Below, piece by piece: positions 44,956 through 56,220 of a stretch of DNA of 64,000 bases. The stretch is taken from positions 615-64,614 of the forward strand of contig CAYIAX010000004.1 of NCBI GenBank assembly GCA_964361595.1, in the 5' to 3' direction. Positions within the stretch are counted from its first letter, which is position 1. Every line of letters begins with the position of its first letter. The notes under the pieces are model-generated. The model did no database searches, was not told the origin of the DNA, and worked only from the letters and a program-made list of their open reading frames with translations. Both the position numbers and the translations under genes were made by a program. This stretch comes from an uncultured Candidatus Saccharibacteria bacterium. Lineage in GTDB: Bacteria > Patescibacteriota > Minisyncoccia > UBA6257 > 2-01-FULL-56-20.

Positions 44956-46062
44956 TCAAATGTTCAGATCTCCCCGGGCTTCAAGTCTTAATTTCTTCTT
45001 GCGCAGGCGAGCTTGCCCGTCCGAAGCTCTTGAGCGAAGGAGGGTCATGTACCCCGCGGCGGCAATCATCACGGCGTTGTCGGTGTTGTATTGCATATCT
45101 GCTACAAAAAAGCGAATCCCCATTTTCCGTGTCGCTTTTTCCAGTTCGCTTCGCAAGAGTTTATTGGCCGCTACGCCGCCGGAGAGCATGATGGATTTGG
45201 CTTTGAAGATTTCTGTTGCGCGTATCGTTTTATAAACAAGCACATTGATCACCGCTTTTTCAAATGATGCGGCAACATCGGCTTTGTCGGCTTTTGGGTT
45301 GTCGCGGAGATAATACAGGACGGAAGTCTTGAGTCCCGAAAAACTGAAATCATAATTCTTTTGATCGCGCATGGGACGCGGGAAGGGAATGGCATTGGGA
45401 TCGCCCTTCGCGGCAAGGCGCTGGATTTCCGGCCCGCCGGGGTAGGGGAGGCGAAGCAAGCGCGCCACCTTATCGAAGGCTTCACCGGCGGCATCGTCGC
45501 GCGTTTCGCCGAGCTTTTGCCAGGATTTAAGATTTTTCATCAAAAGCAAAATCGTGTGCCCGCCGCTCACCAGCAGTGAAACTGCTGGGAATATCGAAGC
45601 ACGAAACCCGAAATCCGAAACGCGCTTCGAGCTTTCTTTTTTCTTCGGCAGAAGAAAAGAGAAGAGATGTCCTTCGAGATGATTTACTCCCACGAGCGGG
45701 GGCTTATGGCTTATGGCGAATGGCATATCGTAAAGCTCTTTTGCAAAACTGATGCCAGTCCACAGCGCCGGTTCCAAACCAGGGCCCACTGTGACGGAGA
45801 CCAAATCAACTTTTTTCCATAAGCTATATGCTCTTTGTCCTTTGCCAAAAATTTGCCGAAAAAGGATCGGCAAATTTTTTACGTGCTCGCGCTTGGCCAG
45901 ATTGGGAACCACGCCGCCGAAGGGGCGGTGGATGTTTATCTGCGAGGAAACCAGGTTTGTGAGCACCTTAAATTTCGGCAGCCCATTTGGGGAGCCTGCG
46001 CTAGCCTCAACCATGGCAAGCGCTGTCTCATCGCAACTTGTTTCAATGCCAAGTATAAACAT
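44956..46062 (-). CDS. tsaD: tRNA N6-adenosine threonylcarbamoyltransferase (Kae1/TsaD) with an AT-type element insert
   Basis: ILGIETSCDETALAMV, VGVNHLEGHL, SGGHT. Insert KKKESSKRVSDFGFRAS at 45590-45640. Confidence 0.9.
   Translation of the reverse strand: MFILGIETSCDETALAMVEASAGSPNGLPKFKVLTNLVSSQINIHRPFGGVVPNLAKREHVKNLPILFRQIFGKGQRAYSLWKKVDLVSVTVGPGLEPALWTGISFAKELYDMPFAISHKPPLVGVNHLEGHLFSFLLPKKKESSKRVSDFGFRASIFPAVSLLVSGGHTILLLMKNLKSWQKLGETRDDAAGEAFDKVARLLRLPYPGGPEIQRLAAKGDPNAIPFPRPMRDQKNYDFSFSGLKTSVLYYLRDNPKADKADVAASFEKAVINVLVYKTIRATEIFKAKSIMLSGGVAANKLLRSELEKATRKMGIRFFVADMQYNTDNAVMIAAAGYMTLLRSRASDGQARLRKKKLRLEARGDLNI
45590..45640. repeat. AT-type element in tsaD (encodes SDFGFRAS, the same peptide as the lepA copy)
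   Basis: cgaagcacgaaacccgaaatccgaaacgcgcttcgagc. Confidence 0.6.
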
Positions 46063-46166
46063 AAGCTTTGAATTTAGAGCGGCCCGCCCCTTCGCCAAGC
46101 GGGCGCTTTATTCCCCCCGCCGGGGGATGACCTTGGTGATACAGTAATAATTTTCGGCTGAAATTT

Positions 46167-46418
46167 TTAACCTGCCGGCGCTTCGTCAACAAGCAGTCTT
46201 GCGGTATTTGATCGCACTTCGAGAAATCCCGAACCCATAGGGATATAATGTTCTTGATTCTCACTATCAACGATTTTCACAATTCCCTTGGTTAGGGCGG
46301 AAATCAGCGGCCGATGGTGATCAAGGACCGTAATTTCGCCCAAGCGGGTTTTGCAGTTTACTGACTTGGCCTCGCCCTCGTAGAGGACATTTTTTAAGGA
46401 ATAAACGCTTACGTGCAT
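46167..46418 (-). CDS. atpC: F0F1 ATP synthase subunit epsilon (short, beta-sandwich only)
   Basis: 83 aa; VYSLKNVLYEGEAKSVNCKTRLGEITVLDHHRPLISAL... Confidence 0.8.
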   Translation of the reverse strand: MHVSVYSLKNVLYEGEAKSVNCKTRLGEITVLDHHRPLISALTKGIVKIVDSENQEHYIPMGSGFLEVRSNTARLLVDEAPAG

Positions 46419-46439
46419 AAAGATACAAATATACTAATT

Positions 46440-47957
<1,518 letters not shown>

Positions 47958-48896
47958 TTACTTCAACGACTCAGCTCCGGCGGTGATTTCGATGATTTCT
48001 TTCGTGATCGCGGCCTGGCGAGCTTTGTTATAAACGAGCGTGAGCTCCGACCTAAGCTCATTCGCGTTATCGGATGCGTTTTTCATGGCCACGCGGCGGG
48101 CGGCGTGCTCGGACGCGTTCGCCTCGAGCACCAAATGGTAAATTTCCATGAGTGTGAGGTGGGCGGCGAGTTCGTCGAGGATCTCCTGCGGCGAAGGTTC
48201 GATCAGATAATCTTCGTTGCCTGTTTGCGCCTCCGGTTGGTCAAGTTGCTTGAAATTGGCGAAGCGTCCGGTTTTAGGAACAAGTTCGCGGAGAGTATTT
48301 AAGAGCGCTTCGGCGCTCGCGGGCAAGAGCTCGCGAAAAACCATGTCTTGCCGGAGCGCGCTTTCAAAGCGCATTGAGAAGACGAGGACGCGGTCCCAGT
48401 CGCCCCGGAGAAATCCTTCCGTCAAAAATTTGGCCAGAGGTTCGATTTCCGCGATTGTGGTGTAATCGCCGAAGCGGGTAAATGCGCGTTTAAAGTTCGG
48501 CGTCCGGCGTTCGAGATAGGCGGCGGCTTTTTGGCCGACGGCGATGTACGCGTAAGCGGGATCGGCAAAATCTATTTTCTCCGCCCGGATGAATTTTTCC
48601 ACTGCGCGGATTACAGCGCTGTTGAACGAACCGGCCAGCCCCTTGTCTGAAGTGACGACCACAATCGCCGTGGTTTTAACGCCGCGTTTTTCGAGAAGCT
48701 TAGGCAGGTGCGCGGTTTCGAGACGCGTAAGCCGCGCGAGAAAATCCAGCGCCGAAAAAGCGTAAGGCCGCGAAGCCAAAGCGATCTCCTGGCTCTTTCG
48801 CATCTTGGTTGCCGCCACGAGCTCCATGGCTCGCGTGATCTGGTTTATGTTTGTCACCCCTTTGAGGCGGCGTTTAAGGTTTTGCAAAGACTCCAT
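47958..48896 (-). CDS. atpG: F0F1 ATP synthase subunit gamma
   Basis: MESLQNLKRRLKGVTNINQITRAMELVAATKMRK..., ending ...ITKEIIEITAGAESL. Confidence 0.9.
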   Translation of the reverse strand: MESLQNLKRRLKGVTNINQITRAMELVAATKMRKSQEIALASRPYAFSALDFLARLTRLETAHLPKLLEKRGVKTTAIVVVTSDKGLAGSFNSAVIRAVEKFIRAEKIDFADPAYAYIAVGQKAAAYLERRTPNFKRAFTRFGDYTTIAEIEPLAKFLTEGFLRGDWDRVLVFSMRFESALRQDMVFRELLPASAEALLNTLRELVPKTGRFANFKQLDQPEAQTGNEDYLIEPSPQEILDELAAHLTLMEIYHLVLEANASEHAARRVAMKNASDNANELRSELTLVYNKARQAAITKEIIEITAGAESLK

Positions 48897-49020
48897 CCCT
48901 CACCCTTAGAGAATTTGCGCAGAGCGCAAACTCTCGATATGTTTTGAGCTAAAGACCTTTATCTCCAAATAAGTTCTTGTGAAAATGTGTTTCATGAAAT
49001 GATTCTCTAAGGGTGAGGGA
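48897..49020 (-). repeat. TIR element, atp type, copy 1, upstream of atpG (29-codon uORF 48906..48995; ...ctcTAAgggTGAgggATG)
   Basis: TIRs tccctcacccttagagaat / attctctaagggtgaggga. uORF MKHIFTRTYLEIKVFSSKHIESLRSAQIL. Confidence 0.85.
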
Positions 49021-50550
49021 TTAAGAGTTGGCGATCAGGAATTTCTCGATCGCGGCTTTGAGCTTCGCTTCAGTCTCCTCGATCAAGTTTCCGGTTTCGC
49101 GAATCGGCTTCAGGATGTCTTCGTCGTGCAGTTTGGCGATGTACTCAAGGAAAAGCCCTTCCATTTTTTTCGCTTGCTCGATTTCAAAACGGTCGAAATG
49201 GCCGTTCAAGACCGCGTAGAAAATCGCCACCTGCTTTTCGCAAGCCAAGGGCGCCTGGTCGTCCTGCTTTAAAATTTCGGTGATGATTTGTCCCTGGCGG
49301 ATGCGTTTTTTCGTGGCTGCGTCCACGTCCGAGGCGAATTGTACGAAAGCCTGGAGTTCGCGGAACTGCGCCAAGGCGTAGCGCAAACCGCCGGCGACTT
49401 TCTTCATCGCTTTGGTTTGAGCTGCGGAGCCCACGCGCGAGACCGAGAGTCCAACGTTTACGGCCGGCCGGATGCCTTGGTAGAAAAGATCGCTTTCCAA
49501 ATAAATCTGGCCGTCGGTAATCGAAATTATGTTCGTCGGAATGTAAGCGGTAATGTCGCCGAGTTGCGTTTCGACAAGGGGGAGTGCCGTCAAGGATCCC
49601 CCGCCTTTCTCTTTTGATAGTTTGGCGGCGCGCTCTAGCAAGCGGGAGTGGAGGTAAAAAATATCGCCGGGGTAAGCTTCGCGGCCGGGCGGGCGGCGGA
49701 GCAAGAGCGAGATCTGCCGGTAAGCCCAGGCATGTTTTGAAAGGTCGTCGTAAACAACAAGCGCGTCTTCGCCGCGGTCGCGGAAATATTCGCCTACGGC
49801 GCAGCCGGCAAAGGGTGCCAGATACCACAAGGCGGCGGGCGACGAAGCCGAAGCGGAAACTACAATAGTATATTTCAAGGCGTCATATTGCTTGAGGGTT
49901 TCCACAATGCGGGCAACTTTCGCTTCTTTCTGTCCTACGGCTACATATATACAGATAGGCGTTTTGCGGCCGGTATCAGAGCCCTGGTTAATTATCGTAT
50001 CGAGCGCCACGGCGGTTTTGCCGGTCTGGCGATCGCCAATGATAAGTTCGCGCTGGCCGCGGCCGATCGGGATCATTGAATCTATGCTCTTTAATCCGGT
50101 ATGGAGCGGCGTGTTCACACCTTCGCGTTCCAAAACGGATGGCGCGCGATTTTCCAAAGGGTAGCGTGTTTGTTCTTGGTTTTTAAAAATTGGGCCCTTG
50201 CCGTCCAGGGGATTGCCCAGGGGATCGATCACGCGGCCAACCATTTCTTTGCCGACCTGGAGCGAAAGCACTTGGCCGGTGCCCTTAACGGTATCTCCGC
50301 TTTTTATTTCCAAATAATCATCGAGCACCAAAGCGCCGATTGTTTCTTCTTCGAGGTTTAAAGCCACGGCGCGGCGCGGACCCGCATGAGTTTCGATCGT
50401 GAGGAGCTCCTGGCTCGCCGCTTGCTTCAAACCGGTCAATTTTACAATGCCGTCGCCGACTTCAATTATGCGGCCCACGGCTTCCCAGTCGGTCTTATCC
50501 TTATAATCGGCAATTTCACGCTTAAGTTTTTCGATGATTTCGTAAGACAT
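49021..50550 (-). CDS. atpA: F0F1 ATP synthase subunit alpha
   Basis: P-loop [18 protein letters not shown], and ...[23 protein letters not shown]... Confidence 0.95.
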   Translation of the reverse strand: MSYEIIEKLKREIADYKDKTDWEAVGRIIEVGDGIVKLTGLKQAASQELLTIETHAGPRRAVALNLEEETIGALVLDDYLEIKSGDTVKGTGQVLSLQVGKEMVGRVIDPLGNPLDGKGPIFKNQEQTRYPLENRAPSVLEREGVNTPLHTGLKSIDSMIPIGRGQRELIIGDRQTGKTAVALDTIINQGSDTGRKTPICIYVAVGQKEAKVARIVETLKQYDALKYTIVVSASASSPAALWYLAPFAGCAVGEYFRDRGEDALVVYDDLSKHAWAYRQISLLLRRPPGREAYPGDIFYLHSRLLERAAKLSKEKGGGSLTALPLVETQLGDITAYIPTNIISITDGQIYLESDLFYQGIRPAVNVGLSVSRVGSAAQTKAMKKVAGGLRYALAQFRELQAFVQFASDVDAATKKRIRQGQIITEILKQDDQAPLACEKQVAIFYAVLNGHFDRFEIEQAKKMEGLFLEYIAKLHDEDILKPIRETGNLIEETEAKLKAAIEKFLIANS

Positions 50551-50639
50551 TGGTTAGAATTTAGAACCTAGCCGCCTTGGCGCCCGCTCCGACTCGGAGA
50601 CGAGGCGAGAGCCTCGCCCCGTTGCGACGGGGCGGGAGC

Positions 50640-51038
50640 CTAGAATTTAGAATTGGTTGCGGAGAATAATTTTTGCAGTTTTCGTTTAAGCGACATGTCG
50701 AGTTCGCGTTCGTCATTTACGGTGATCCTTACTCCGGCCACGAGTTCAGGAAGAATTTGTTCTTCGACTTTATCTTTGGGTTTAAGAAGCGTATGAAAAA
50801 GTTTGCGCGCGGGCTGGGGTAAGGGGCGGGCGGAAGCAACCTCAATTTTATTTATGCCCTTGCGGGCGTAAAACATTTTTTCGGTCGCCGCGGCGATTTT
50901 AGGCAAAAGGTATGCGTCGCCGTTTTGCCTCGCTAAAGATATGGCGCGGCGGATGTACTCTTCCTGCTTCACCTGGCTCTCTGTGCTTGCGAGCACCGCG
51001 CTTAAAGCTTCGGCATAAACCCTGGGAGAAAACTTCAT
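50640..51038 (-). CDS. atpH: F0F1 ATP synthase subunit delta (OSCP-like, short)
   Basis: Position between atpF and atpA; helical N-domain (YAEALSAVL...). Confidence 0.7.
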   Translation of the reverse strand: MKFSPRVYAEALSAVLASTESQVKQEEYIRRAISLARQNGDAYLLPKIAAATEKMFYARKGINKIEVASARPLPQPARKLFHTLLKPKDKVEEQILPELVAGVRITVNDERELDMSLKRKLQKLFSATNSKF

Positions 51039-51162
51039 CCCTCACCCTTAGAGAATTTGCGCAGAGCGCAAGCCCTCAATCTGTTTTGTCCTGGGGACCT
51101 TTAGCTCCGAATAAGTTCTTATTAAAATGTTTTTCATAAAGTGATTCTCTAAGGGTGAGGGA
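51039..51162 (-). repeat. TIR element, atp type, copy 2, upstream of atpH (uORF 51048..51137)
   Basis: Near-identical to copy 3. uORF MKNILIRTYSELKVPRTKQIEGLRSAQIL. Confidence 0.85.
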
Positions 51163-51663
51163 TTATTTTCCGGCAATTTCCTCTACTGCTTTCTTGATCA
51201 AGGCCTCATCCACGGCCGTGGGAGCAAGTTCGACGGTGCGAATCAGGGCTGCTTTGACCAGGGCCGCCGCTTCTTGTTTCATCGCCCGGCGGGCGGTTTC
51301 CGCCTTACCGGCAATAATCTGATCCGTCTGGGCCAGCATCTCGGTTTCTTTGGTTTTGGCGGCTGCGAGGAGTTCGCCCTCGAGCCGCTTGGCCTTGGCT
51401 TCGGTGGCTTTAATTACAAGCATGGCCTTTTCATCAGCTTCTTTCATTTTGGCTCGCTCGAGCTCCTGGATTTCGCCTAACCGGACTTCGGCCTCTTTGG
51501 CTTTGGTGAGGCCCGCCTCGATTTTCTCCCGCCGGTCCTTGAGGATTTTTAAAATCGGCTTGTAAGCGAAAACGCGCAAGACAACTAGAAGCAGCAAGAA
51601 GTTCACCGCTTGGCTTAAAAGCAATTTCCAGTCGAGGCCTAATTGGTTGATGAGTTCAGACAT
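51163..51663 (-). CDS. atpF: F0F1 ATP synthase subunit b
   Basis: N-terminal TM helix (LLLSQAVNFLLLLVVLRVFAY) plus a long charged helix. Confidence 0.8.
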   Translation of the reverse strand: MSELINQLGLDWKLLLSQAVNFLLLLVVLRVFAYKPILKILKDRREKIEAGLTKAKEAEVRLGEIQELERAKMKEADEKAMLVIKATEAKAKRLEGELLAAAKTKETEMLAQTDQIIAGKAETARRAMKQEAAALVKAALIRTVELAPTAVDEALIKKAVEEIAGK

Positions 51664-51745
51664 AATGCGATGCGAATGATGCGAATCCCATGCGAATACT
51701 GCGAATAATTCGTTGTATTCGCGTGCATTTGCGGATTAGCATTGC
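51664..51745. repeat. AT-type hairpin element (tgcgaat x4, then their complements) between atpE and atpF
   Basis: gcgaatgatgcgaatcccatgcgaatactgcgaataattcgttgtattcgcgtgcatttgcggattagcattgc. Confidence 0.5.
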
Positions 51746-51973
51746 TTAAACGAACTTCAAAATTAACGCGACGACCAGCGCATAAATGGCGATCGCTTCG
51801 GCGAAGGCGATCGCGAGAATCATGGCCGTCTGCACCTTGGGGGCCGCTTCGGGGTTGCGGCCGATCGCATCCGTACCGCGCGAGCCGATCATGCCGATCG
51901 CGATGGCTGGCGCAATCGCACCGACAGCAATCGTGATCATCGGCGCCCACAAACGTACTGTTTCTAGTTCCAT
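51746..51973 (-). CDS. atpE: F0F1 ATP synthase subunit c
   Basis: Two-TM hairpin with a conserved E in helix 2 (AIAFAEAIAIYALVVALIL) and the GRNPE loop. Confidence 0.85.
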   Translation of the reverse strand: MELETVRLWAPMITIAVGAIAPAIAIGMIGSRGTDAIGRNPEAAPKVQTAMILAIAFAEAIAIYALVVALILKFV

Positions 51974-52087
51974 GTAGTTAAAATTCTAAGTTTGCAATTT
52001 TGCAATTCTCAAAAAATTAAGTTGAGTTTTGAAAATTGAAAATTGGGAATTGGAAATTGTGTTTGCGACCTTTTAATGACCAGAATT

Positions 52088-52825
52088 CTATTCATGTGCA
52101 ATGGCGGTGGCAACGAAGACGAGGGACAGCATTGCGAAGACGAAAGCTTGGATGAAACCCACGAAAGTTTCCAAGAAGAGAAACGGAAGCGGAATGAAGT
52201 AAGGAGTGAGGAAAGCGATGATCGTGAGCAAGATTTCGCCGGCAAAGATGTTGCCGAAGAGCCGGAACGAAAACGAGATCAGTTTAGCAACTTCGGAGAT
52301 TAATTCAAGTATGCCGATGAAAAAATCGATCGGTCCCCTGAAATTAAAAAATTTACCCGCGTGCTTTACAAAACCGATGACGGCAATACCCAGAATATTC
52401 ACGGTGACGACGGAAATGACGGCCAAGGCGAGCGTGAAATTGAGATCGCTGCCGGGCGAGCGCAAAAGCGGAACGCGCCCCTCCGCTGTTTCAAAAATGA
52501 CCGAGCCGATGCCGGGCAAAAGCCCAAACCAGTTCGCAGCGAGAATGAAAAGGAAAACGGTGCCCACAAAGGGCAGGTATTTTTCAGCTCGCTCACGGCT
52601 GCCAAGGATTCCTTCCATGAGCCCGAGCGCTCCCTCAATCGCAGTTTCAAAAGTATTTTGAATGTAGCCGGGGACGAGGACTAACCGCCGCCGGCCAATT
52701 GCGGCGAGCGCGGCTAGGATAACCATGACTAGAGTTGAAAGCAAAAGCGCGTTCGTGACGGGAAAGCCGCCGAGGCGGAAAAGTTCTTCGGCGCGGAGTG
52801 AAATATGTATGCCAGATGATTCCAT
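52088..52825 (-). CDS. atpB: F0F1 ATP synthase subunit a
   Basis: Polytopic; RLFGNIFAGE contains the essential Arg. Confidence 0.85.
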   Translation of the reverse strand: MESSGIHISLRAEELFRLGGFPVTNALLLSTLVMVILAALAAIGRRRLVLVPGYIQNTFETAIEGALGLMEGILGSRERAEKYLPFVGTVFLFILAANWFGLLPGIGSVIFETAEGRVPLLRSPGSDLNFTLALAVISVVTVNILGIAVIGFVKHAGKFFNFRGPIDFFIGILELISEVAKLISFSFRLFGNIFAGEILLTIIAFLTPYFIPLPFLFLETFVGFIQAFVFAMLSLVFVATAIAHE

Positions 52826-52949
52826 CCCTCACCCTTAGAGAATTTGCGCAGAGCGCAAGCCCTCAATCTGTTTTGTCCTGGGGACCTTTAGCTCCGAATA
52901 AGTTCTTATTAAAATGTTTTTCATAAAGTGATTCTCTAAGGGTGAGGGA
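52826..52949 (-). repeat. TIR element, atp type, copy 3, upstream of atpB (uORF 52835..52924)
   Basis: Same TIRs and uORF as copy 2. Confidence 0.85.
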
Positions 52950-53321
52950 TTCCCGCCGGACGCCGAAAGCGGCGGCAGGAGAGTAATTATAGGAAAAAGC
53001 GGCTGGAAAAGCAAAACCGATTACAATCTAAAAAAGATAAGGCCGGCGCGGGAGAAAAGCTTGCGTCGGCCTCGGATGTTCGGGTCGTATAGACCCGAGT
53101 GGTCCCCAAAAGGAGGGGCAGCAGCGCAGCAAAAGCTAGCAACCGGGGTTATTTAGAAAATACTGGAACTGGCTTAATTATAGCGCTTGCATTTCGTTTA
53201 TGGAAGGGGAATGTGGATAACCCCAAAGGGCTTTACCGGGATTCAAGCATAAGGAAGCCCCGACGTGCATGGTTGCACCGGGGCTTTTAGCGGAAAATGT
53301 TTGGTGGGAAATACTTCTTAT

Positions 53322-53350
53322 ATCATACCAGTATACAAAATCTTTGTCAA
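53322..53350 (-). promoter_or_regulatory. minus-strand sigma-70-like promoter: TTGACA, 17 bp, TATGAT, reading toward the atp operon (~500-nt leader)
   Basis: Plus strand shows atcata (53322-53327) and tgtcaa (53345-53350), i.e. reverse complements of the hexamers. Confidence 0.45.
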
Positions 53351-53432
53351 GCGCGCTTCCGACGGTATTTGATTGAGTGAATACATAGTTTCCATGATAC
53401 GGAGGCTTGCGCTAACAGGGTTGGATTATCCT

Positions 53433-55247
53433 CTAAACTTTCCTATGTTTAGGCGTAACCCAAAAGCCCAGCCTGAACTTGCCGCCGAGCATCAGCCGCG
53501 TTTGCGCATCAAGACCCGGAAAAGCGCCGAAGACAATCAGAGTTATGGGGATCAAGAGCCACTGCAACGCATACAGGAAATAATGCCACCGGCGGAACCA
53601 GGCCGGCTTGGGGGGCAAAAGCAGTATGGCGAGTATAGCTGAACTGGCGATACCCAACATCGCCAAGCTCATAATGAAGCTTGTAATCTGCGGCAGGCTG
53701 TAAGACAGAAGCGAGTAGCTGAAAGCCTCGCCGCCCAGCCAGAGCGGCAGCCAGCCCAAAGCAAAAATCATGAGGGCGTTCGTCGCCCAGGAATGAAAAC
53801 CTTCGATCGTAATCAATGACCAGTACCATTTTTTCCGCAAGGGTATTTTTTTATCGTATAAAAACCCTTGCCCGCGATCCGAATCTACCAATCCATCCGA
53901 AGTATCCGAATGGCCTTGCTGAATAGGCATATCCGAATAATTCGGGTTGTTGATTCGGTAAGTATTCGGAGCATTCGAATGTAATTCGGATTTTTCGGAT
54001 TGCCTACCACAGAGCATATAAGGAATGTTTTCCGCGCCCCAGCCCCAGCGCCGGTGCTGGCGGTAGGTATTTTTCATCGTACTCCAAAAAGTCGGGCCGA
54101 CGTTTGCATCCATGGATACGGGATAGGATAAGGGCTCCACGCGGAACTCGCCGTTGTAGCGCAGAAATCCCTGCCAGAACACACGCGAGTCTTCGGAAAC
54201 GACATCCTTGTGCCAGAATCCCATATCAACAAGCGCCTGGAAAGGGATTGATTGGGACGAAAAAGATGTGAGCCGTTCCGGCCTCGCCTGCTGCATCATT
54301 TGCCAGAAGGTGGAGGAGAACGAAACTACGCGCGCGAAAGCGGGAGCCTGGTAAATATTGTTAGTGAAGAGCGGCACCGGTTGGTAGATTGCGCGCAGCC
54401 TGTCTTCGGCATTTAAAAATGCATAGGTGAGCCGTCCGAAGTAATCGGGGAAAATTTGCGTGTCAATGTCAAAAACGGAAACCAGAATATTTTCGTAGGA
54501 GAGCGCTGATTCACGCTGACTAGACGCTGACTTGCGCAGAACCTCGCTGGCGGTATCGTTGGTCTGCGTATAGTCTGCGTAAGTCCGCGTATTGACCAAG
54601 GGGTCAATAATTAGCCGCTTGGCTTCTTTGGCGGCCCAGGCTTCGTTCGAACCTTTGCCGGGAATTTCTCCGGGCAAGCCGGCCGGGTGTTTCGTAGTTA
54701 GAAACCTGCGGAAGCGCGCGCCGAATTCCGCTTTGATTTTTTTCGCCGTTTCCGCGGCTTCCTCGCCGCCGCTTGCTTCCGTCGCCAAAACCACGATGAA
54801 TTTGTCCGTGGGATAATTGGCTTTAACCAAACTTCCAAAACTTTCTCGCACGAGCGGATGGGGTTCTTTGTGTATAGGGAAGATGATTAAGTGAATGATT
54901 TCTTTCCAGGATATGCGATTCGAATCTACTAATTCATCCGAATGCTCCGATTCAACAATTCGGGGCATTCGGATGTCATTCGCCTGCCTGCCGGTCAGGC
55001 AGGGATTTTTAGGATCGCTTTGGAGCTTTTTTAATTCCGCGAGCCAATCCACCTTAAGATTGCGCTTCATCTGCCGGAAAGTCGCGCTCAAATGGAGCGA
55101 GAGGTAAACGGTTTTGAGGAGCCAGTAGGTGTCAAAAAGAATGATGAAGATGGCGATAAAAGCGGGAGTGGCCCAGGAGAGGAAAACCATGAGTCCGATC
55201 GTGAGCCAAGCCAGCGCTCCGGGAATAATTTCAAAAAAGCGGTACAT
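53433..55247 (-). CDS. processive family-2 glycosyltransferase (cellulose/chitin-synthase-like) with in-frame GC-type and AT-type element inserts
   Basis: N- and C-terminal TM bundles; DXD (VSVFDIDTQ); QxxRW motif (YRQHRRWGWG). Inserts KSASSQRESALS, NAPNTYRINNPNYSD... and IRMPRIVESEHSDELVDSNRISW. Confidence 0.6.
   Translation of the reverse strand: MYRFFEIIPGALAWLTIGLMVFLSWATPAFIAIFIILFDTYWLLKTVYLSLHLSATFRQMKRNLKVDWLAELKKLQSDPKNPCLTGRQANDIRMPRIVESEHSDELVDSNRISWKEIIHLIIFPIHKEPHPLVRESFGSLVKANYPTDKFIVVLATEASGGEEAAETAKKIKAEFGARFRRFLTTKHPAGLPGEIPGKGSNEAWAAKEAKRLIIDPLVNTRTYADYTQTNDTASEVLRKSASSQRESALSYENILVSVFDIDTQIFPDYFGRLTYAFLNAEDRLRAIYQPVPLFTNNIYQAPAFARVVSFSSTFWQMMQQARPERLTSFSSQSIPFQALVDMGFWHKDVVSEDSRVFWQGFLRYNGEFRVEPLSYPVSMDANVGPTFWSTMKNTYRQHRRWGWGAENIPYMLCGRQSEKSELHSNAPNTYRINNPNYSDMPIQQGHSDTSDGLVDSDRGQGFLYDKKIPLRKKWYWSLITIEGFHSWATNALMIFALGWLPLWLGGEAFSYSLLSYSLPQITSFIMSLAMLGIASSAILAILLLPPKPAWFRRWHYFLYALQWLLIPITLIVFGAFPGLDAQTRLMLGGKFRLGFWVTPKHRKV
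53878..54003. repeat. AT-type element (CCGAAT/ATTCGG units; core gaatctaccaatccatccgaa) in-frame in the GT2 gene
   Basis: Shares a 20-nt core with the copy at 54913-54985 (gaatctactaattcatccgaa). Confidence 0.6.
54503..54592. repeat. GC-type palindromic element in the GT2 gene
   Basis: gcgctgattcacgctgactagacgctgacttgcgcagaacc...ggtctgcgtatagtctgcgtaagtccgcgtattgac. Confidence 0.7.
54913..54985. repeat. AT-type element, second copy in the GT2 gene, plus hairpin cctgcctgccggtcaggcagg
   Basis: cgattcgaatctactaattcatccgaatgctccgattcaacaattcggggcattcggatgtcattcg. Confidence 0.55.
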
Positions 55248-55290
55248 ATTTAGAACCTAGAATTTAAAACCTAGAAGCTAGAAAGTATGA
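55248..55290. repeat. TAGAAC-type satellite (tagaacctagaatttaaaacctagaagctagaaag)
   Basis: The same unit recurs at 57073-57209, 57549-57677 and 58206-58326, partly as inverted arrays. Confidence 0.6.
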
Positions 55291-55382
55291 TTTTCTTAAA
55301 TTTGCCGTGATTGCTTGAAAATTAAGCGTATTCACTATACAGTATAACGGCAGAGCACGGAAATACAGGTAAAAAATCTTTT

Positions 55383-55457
55383 GGCCTCGTCGTCTAGCCT
55401 GGTCCAGGACGCCGCCCTTTCACGGCGGAGACACGGGTTCGAATCCCGTCGGGGCTA
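55383..55457 (+). tRNA. tRNA-Glu (anticodon UUC)
   Basis: Anticodon arm CCGCC-CTTTCAC-GGCGG; T-arm ACGGG-TTCGAAT-CCCGT; D-arm GTCTAGCCTGGTCCAGGAC. Close to E. coli tRNA-Glu. Confidence 0.85.
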
Positions 55458-55505
55458 CAATTATCCACTTTTGTACTAGCGTTTGAGATTGTATAATAAG
55501 TTACG

Positions 55506-56207
55506 ATGGTTCAAAACGCGAAAAAGGCTCGGGCAGTTCAGCTAAGGTTAGCCGGCAAAAGCTATGGGGAAATTACTAAAATTCTCAACGTATCTTCAAA
55601 GGGATTGTTGAGTTACTGGTTTAGAGATTTAGTCTTGCCCGTAAAAGTTAGGAAAAAGCTATCTCGGAAAATAGCCTTTGCTAGAAAACGAGGATTTTTT
55701 AGATTCAATAAAGAACGCACCGCAGCTATTCTTGCCGACAATGAGCTGGTTGCTAAACAAGCCGCCGCTTCCATCAAAAGACTTGCAAAAAACGAACTCC
55801 TCCTGGTTGGCGCAGCTCTTTATTGGGGCGAAGGCACGACAAAAGAACTCGAATATGGTTATCAGCGCATTTCCTTTTCTAACTCGAACCCCATTATGGT
55901 AAAAATTTTTATGAGGTTTCTCCGCGAGATTTTAAGTGTTGAAGATGACAAGATTAAAGCTGGTATTCATATCCATCCGAACATTAGTGCGGAAGCAGCA
56001 AAAAAATTTTGGTCAAAAGTAACCGGTTTAGATGCAGGAAAGTTCTATATTTTCAATCAAATCAGCCGCGCGAGCCAACTAAAGCGGCCACCAAATTTTC
56101 TCCCCTACGGAACAATCAACATTCGGGTTAGCAATAGGCAATTGTTTTATAAAATTAAAGGATATATTAACGGGATTATTGCACAACTGGCATCTGAAGC
56201 AATTTGA
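55506..56207 (+). CDS. HTH protein with a possible LAGLIDADG-like endonuclease domain, next to tRNA-Glu
   Basis: N-terminal HTH (AVQLRLAGKSYGEITKILNVSSKG); LLLVGAALYWGEGT resembles a single LAGLIDADG motif with E replacing D. Pattern-level call only. Confidence 0.35.
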   Translation: MVQNAKKARAVQLRLAGKSYGEITKILNVSSKGLLSYWFRDLVLPVKVRKKLSRKIAFARKRGFFRFNKERTAAILADNELVAKQAAASIKRLAKNELLLVGAALYWGEGTTKELEYGYQRISFSNSNPIMVKIFMRFLREILSVEDDKIKAGIHIHPNISAEAAKKFWSKVTGLDAGKFYIFNQISRASQLKRPPNFLPYGTINIRVSNRQLFYKIKGYINGIIAQLASEAI

Positions 56208-56220
56208 TATACTTATTGTA

